A DNA stretch of 64,000 nt from Octopus bimaculoides. Its lineage: Eukaryota. Each line of letters begins with the position of its first letter. Positions within the stretch are counted from its first letter, which is position 1. The notes under the pieces are model-generated. The model did no database searches. It was not told where the DNA came from and worked only from the letters and a program-made list of their open reading frames with translations. The DNA lies in the NCBI RefSeq assembly GCF_001194135.2, contig NC_068993.1, positions 60,469,809-60,533,808 on the forward strand. The letters are read 5' to 3'. Shown in pieces: positions 60,902-64,000 of this stretch. The position numbers and the translations under genes were made by a program.

Positions 60902-62349
60902 CTATATTATAATTTCCTCGTTTTCTTCCATAAGTCTCGGCGACTCTATGAAAGATCAAATGTGACGGCCCTCCTTCACTGATTAAGATTAGAATTATAT
61001 TTAAGAAATTAATTCTGTTTAGATCGAATGTGATCGTTAAATCTAATGTTTTGAATATATTGATTAACTTTTTTCGTAGCTTTTGATAAATACTGTTCTT
61101 ATAGTAATCCTAACGAGAAATTATTGTATATTAATAACAATTCGATTCACCTTAGTAAATACATATCTGCCACGTCTTCCGAAGTGGAATTTTTTCGTCG
61201 TGGTTTACATTATTAAAATGATGCAATAAAAGACATTGGCTTCAAAAACAGAGAGCACTACTTAAAGAACTGCACTAATATTCACAAAAACATAAAAAAG
61301 GTAGCTAAAAACTATACAGTATAATCCTATCTGTAGGTTAAATGTTGATTCTAATGTTATCAGGATTTTCTTAAACCTTATAAATAAGCATTTCCTTGTA
61401 GACCCTGCATATCACAATATCTTTAATAAAAATATCATTAAGGTAGGCTACAGATACACAAAAAATTTATGTTTCCATAGTTAGTGAAAACAATAGAAGC
61501 ATTTTTTGTACGAACACGCTTAATTCGCTCAGTGCAATTGCAGTAACCTCTAATATCTGCACTCGATTTGTGTCGTTCTAAACCGTTAGTTTTTAGAGCT
61601 TAGGTCTCCCATGCAGTTTGCAATGAGAAAAAAAACTATACAAAGCTTACTGAAAATACAATTAAATAAGATTCTCTCGACATATCTATGCATTCAGACA
61701 CTTAGTAAAGCGCTTACCATTTCGCATTCAAAATATATCTGGAGATTAAAGGAGGATAATCCGTATTTTACCTTTCTTTTACATGTTTCAGTCATTGAAG
61801 TGCGGCCATGCTGGGGCACCGCCTTGAAAGGATTAACTTAACAAACCAACCCCAGAACTTTTTTAGAATCCGGTACTTATCTTATAATTTTTTTTTTTTG
61901 CCANNNNNNNNNNNNNNNNNNNNNNNNNNNNNNNNNNNNNNNNNNNNNNNNNNNNNNNNNNNNNNNNNNNNNNNNNNNNNNNNNNNNNNNNNNNNNNNNN
62001 NNNNNNNNNNNNNNNNNNNNNNNNNNNNNNNNNNNNNNNNNNNNNNNNNNNNNNNNNNNNNNNNNNNNNNNNNNNNNNNNNNNNNNNNNNNNNNNNNNNN
62101 NNNNNNNNNNNNNNNNNNNNNNNNNNNNNNNNNNNNNNNNNNNNNNNNNNNNNNNNNNNNNNNNNNNNNNNNNNNNNNNNNNNNNNNNNNNNNNNNNNNN
62201 NNNNNNNNNNNNNNNNNNNNNNNNNNNNNNNNNNNNNNNNNNNNNNNNNNNNNNNNNNNNNNNNNNNNNNNNNNNNNNNNNNNNNNNNNNNNNNNNNNNN
62301 NNNNNNNNNNNNNNNNNNNNNNNNNNNNNNNNNNNNNNNNNNNNNNNNN

Positions 62350-62735
62350 NNNTGGTGGTGGTGGTGGTTGTTGTGGTGTAGGTGTTGTTGTGGGGGCGTT
62401 GTTAAAGTTAAATCTGGAGGTGGTATATTTGATAATGGCGGTGCTGGTGACGATGGCTGATGGTGTGTGTAAATTATTAGACATTGATTATTTATCCAAT
62501 TTGTTAACAATTAGCACAGCACCTAATTATGATGAATATTTAATAAAATAGCTTCTAGCTGATCTTACGGCAACACTAACAGCCCTCCAACCGCGACTAC
62601 GACAACGACTACGACGACGGCCATGACCACCACTAAACATTGCTACTACCACCGTCATCATTAGTATCACCACCAACACCAACATCATTTCCAGCTCCTA
62701 CATCACCATCACCACCACTCCGACTACTGCTGCTG

Positions 62736-62786
<51 letters not shown>

Positions 62787-63060
62787 TCACCATCGGCATT
62801 ACAATTAACATCACTATTACTACCATCGCAAGCAACTACCTCACCACTAACTCTCCCACCACTACCTCAAACATCACCATCATCTCCACTCCCACCACGA
62901 CCATTTCCACTGGCCATCACCATCGTCAGAACCGCTACCACCACTATACCCAACATGAACCAAACCAACGCTATCATCACCACCGTAACCACCATCACCT
63001 CAGTACAACCATCACTACTATCATCTCCCCATCACCATCGCTACTGCCCCGCCATCGCCG
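62350..63060. repeat. Compound (GGT/TGT) and (CAC/CTA/CAT) trinucleotide fields
   Basis: Direct reading. Confidence 0.88.
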
Positions 63061-63389
63061 CCGAATTTAAGGAAACAGTTGAATTGGTGTTGTTTGTATT
63101 GATGTTTAGCCGAAGATGGTCCCTAATCTAGTGGCCCTATGATAAGAGATATTCAAATCAAGACCATTCGATCCCCAAACTCTAAACCTTGAACTAAGCT
63201 ATCCACTTTACCAGTAACATAGCTGAGTTTGATTTGGCTGCTGTTTCTAGCTTACGGACAATGGCAGAACGTAAAGCCACCAAAGTTGACTGCCAGCGTG
63301 AGTGGTGGTGTTAGTGATGAAAACGATGATGATGGTTGTGATAATGCCATGACTCATTCTGTTGATGGTTTTGACAGTGCGGCCATGAT

Positions 63390-63640
63390 CTTCAACATCA
63401 CGTGATCACGAGACCAACCAGTCTTTTAGCACGTCGTTATACATCGCTGGTCAAAATGCGCTTTGCATCGTTTTAGCTTTCGAATGACACCACCCAGCTG
63501 ACTAGGGGTGAGCAGGCTAGCATTGCTCTTGATCGGAAGACTCGTCTGTCACAGAGTTATCCATTCTCAGCTAAGTGGAATGGAGCAGTGCGAAATGGAG
63601 TGTCTTGCTCAAGAACACAACGCGCCGTTCGGTCCGGCAA
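63390..63640 (-). mobile_element. SINE family E
   Basis: Reverse complement GCGTTGTGTTCTTGAGCAAGACACT..GCTCCATTCCACTTAGCTG..GGTGGTGTCATTCGAAAGCTAAAACGATGC..CACGTGAT tail. Confidence 0.82.
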
Positions 63641-63649
63641 TCTTCAACA

Positions 63650-63893
63650 TAATGACATTAAAATATTACTAATGGTTCTTAATCGATTGCCTGCCATGAG
63701 CCCCGTTTGGAGATCAGCTAAAATCAGTCTCACTGCCGATTCTTCATTGCTATTGAGAGAAACTGTGACCATGTTGAGAAGTAGGGATATGATCCACAGA
63801 GGACCAGCTTCATTTTGATGTATGATACATGTTCCTTTGTCGGTAATTATGCCTCTCCTAAACAAAATAGCATTACTTTTTGACGCACCCTTG
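63650..63893 (+). mobile_element. mariner-like transposon 3' end
   Basis: Right TIR GCATTACTTTTTGACGCACCCTTG|TA (reverse TA|CAAGGGTGCGTCAAAAAG, mariner style); upstream ..IAIERNCDHVEK* resembles the mariner C-terminus (G.YVEK*). Confidence 0.6.
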
Positions 63894-64000
63894 TATATTC
63901 ACATTTATATCAATAACAATTGGTGCATTGGCTTTTGTGAGTGAATGCCTAAGTGAGAATCTGGATAGGCTAAGGTTTTCAAAAACAAAAATCAATCAGC

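Noticed and set aside
63532-63550. GATCGGAAGACTCGTCTG as adapter contamination
   Set aside because: It lacks the G after AAGA, is not at a contig edge and lies colinear within a SINE E copy
1-64000. Most ORF-track entries (poly-YI, poly-TH, poly-D/I/V/S/Q, X-runs)
   Set aside because: They are translations of microsatellites or N-gaps, not genes

Overview
AT-rich eukaryotic genomic DNA from a gapped short-read assembly, with more than 20 N-gaps, several flanked by false duplications and one carrying an Illumina adapter remnant. The SINE families and the extreme di-/trinucleotide microsatellite load point to a cephalopod, probably Octopus (inference). No protein-coding gene can be identified with confidence. 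Most ORF-track entries are translations of microsatellites or N-runs, and only a few short candidate exons (mainly minus strand, 43-51 kb) are plausible. The window is mostly mobile-element debris: at least five SINE or SINE-like families, two RTE LINE lineages, a Penelope RT/GIY-YIG relic, a CR1/L2-type endonuclease scrap, a mariner 3' end and several MITEs. It also holds a Merlin (IS1595-family) element with long TIRs and a perfect 9-bp TSD. The most unusual signal is a tRNA-headed SINE whose tail carries a Penelope-type minimal hammerhead ribozyme motif and which occurs as inverted composites, one bounded by an 11-bp TSD. A separate, near-intact minimal hammerhead lies at 14093-14129. Coordinates of diverged repeats are approximate (about +/-10-20 bp); TIR, TSD and ribozyme coordinates were read base by base.
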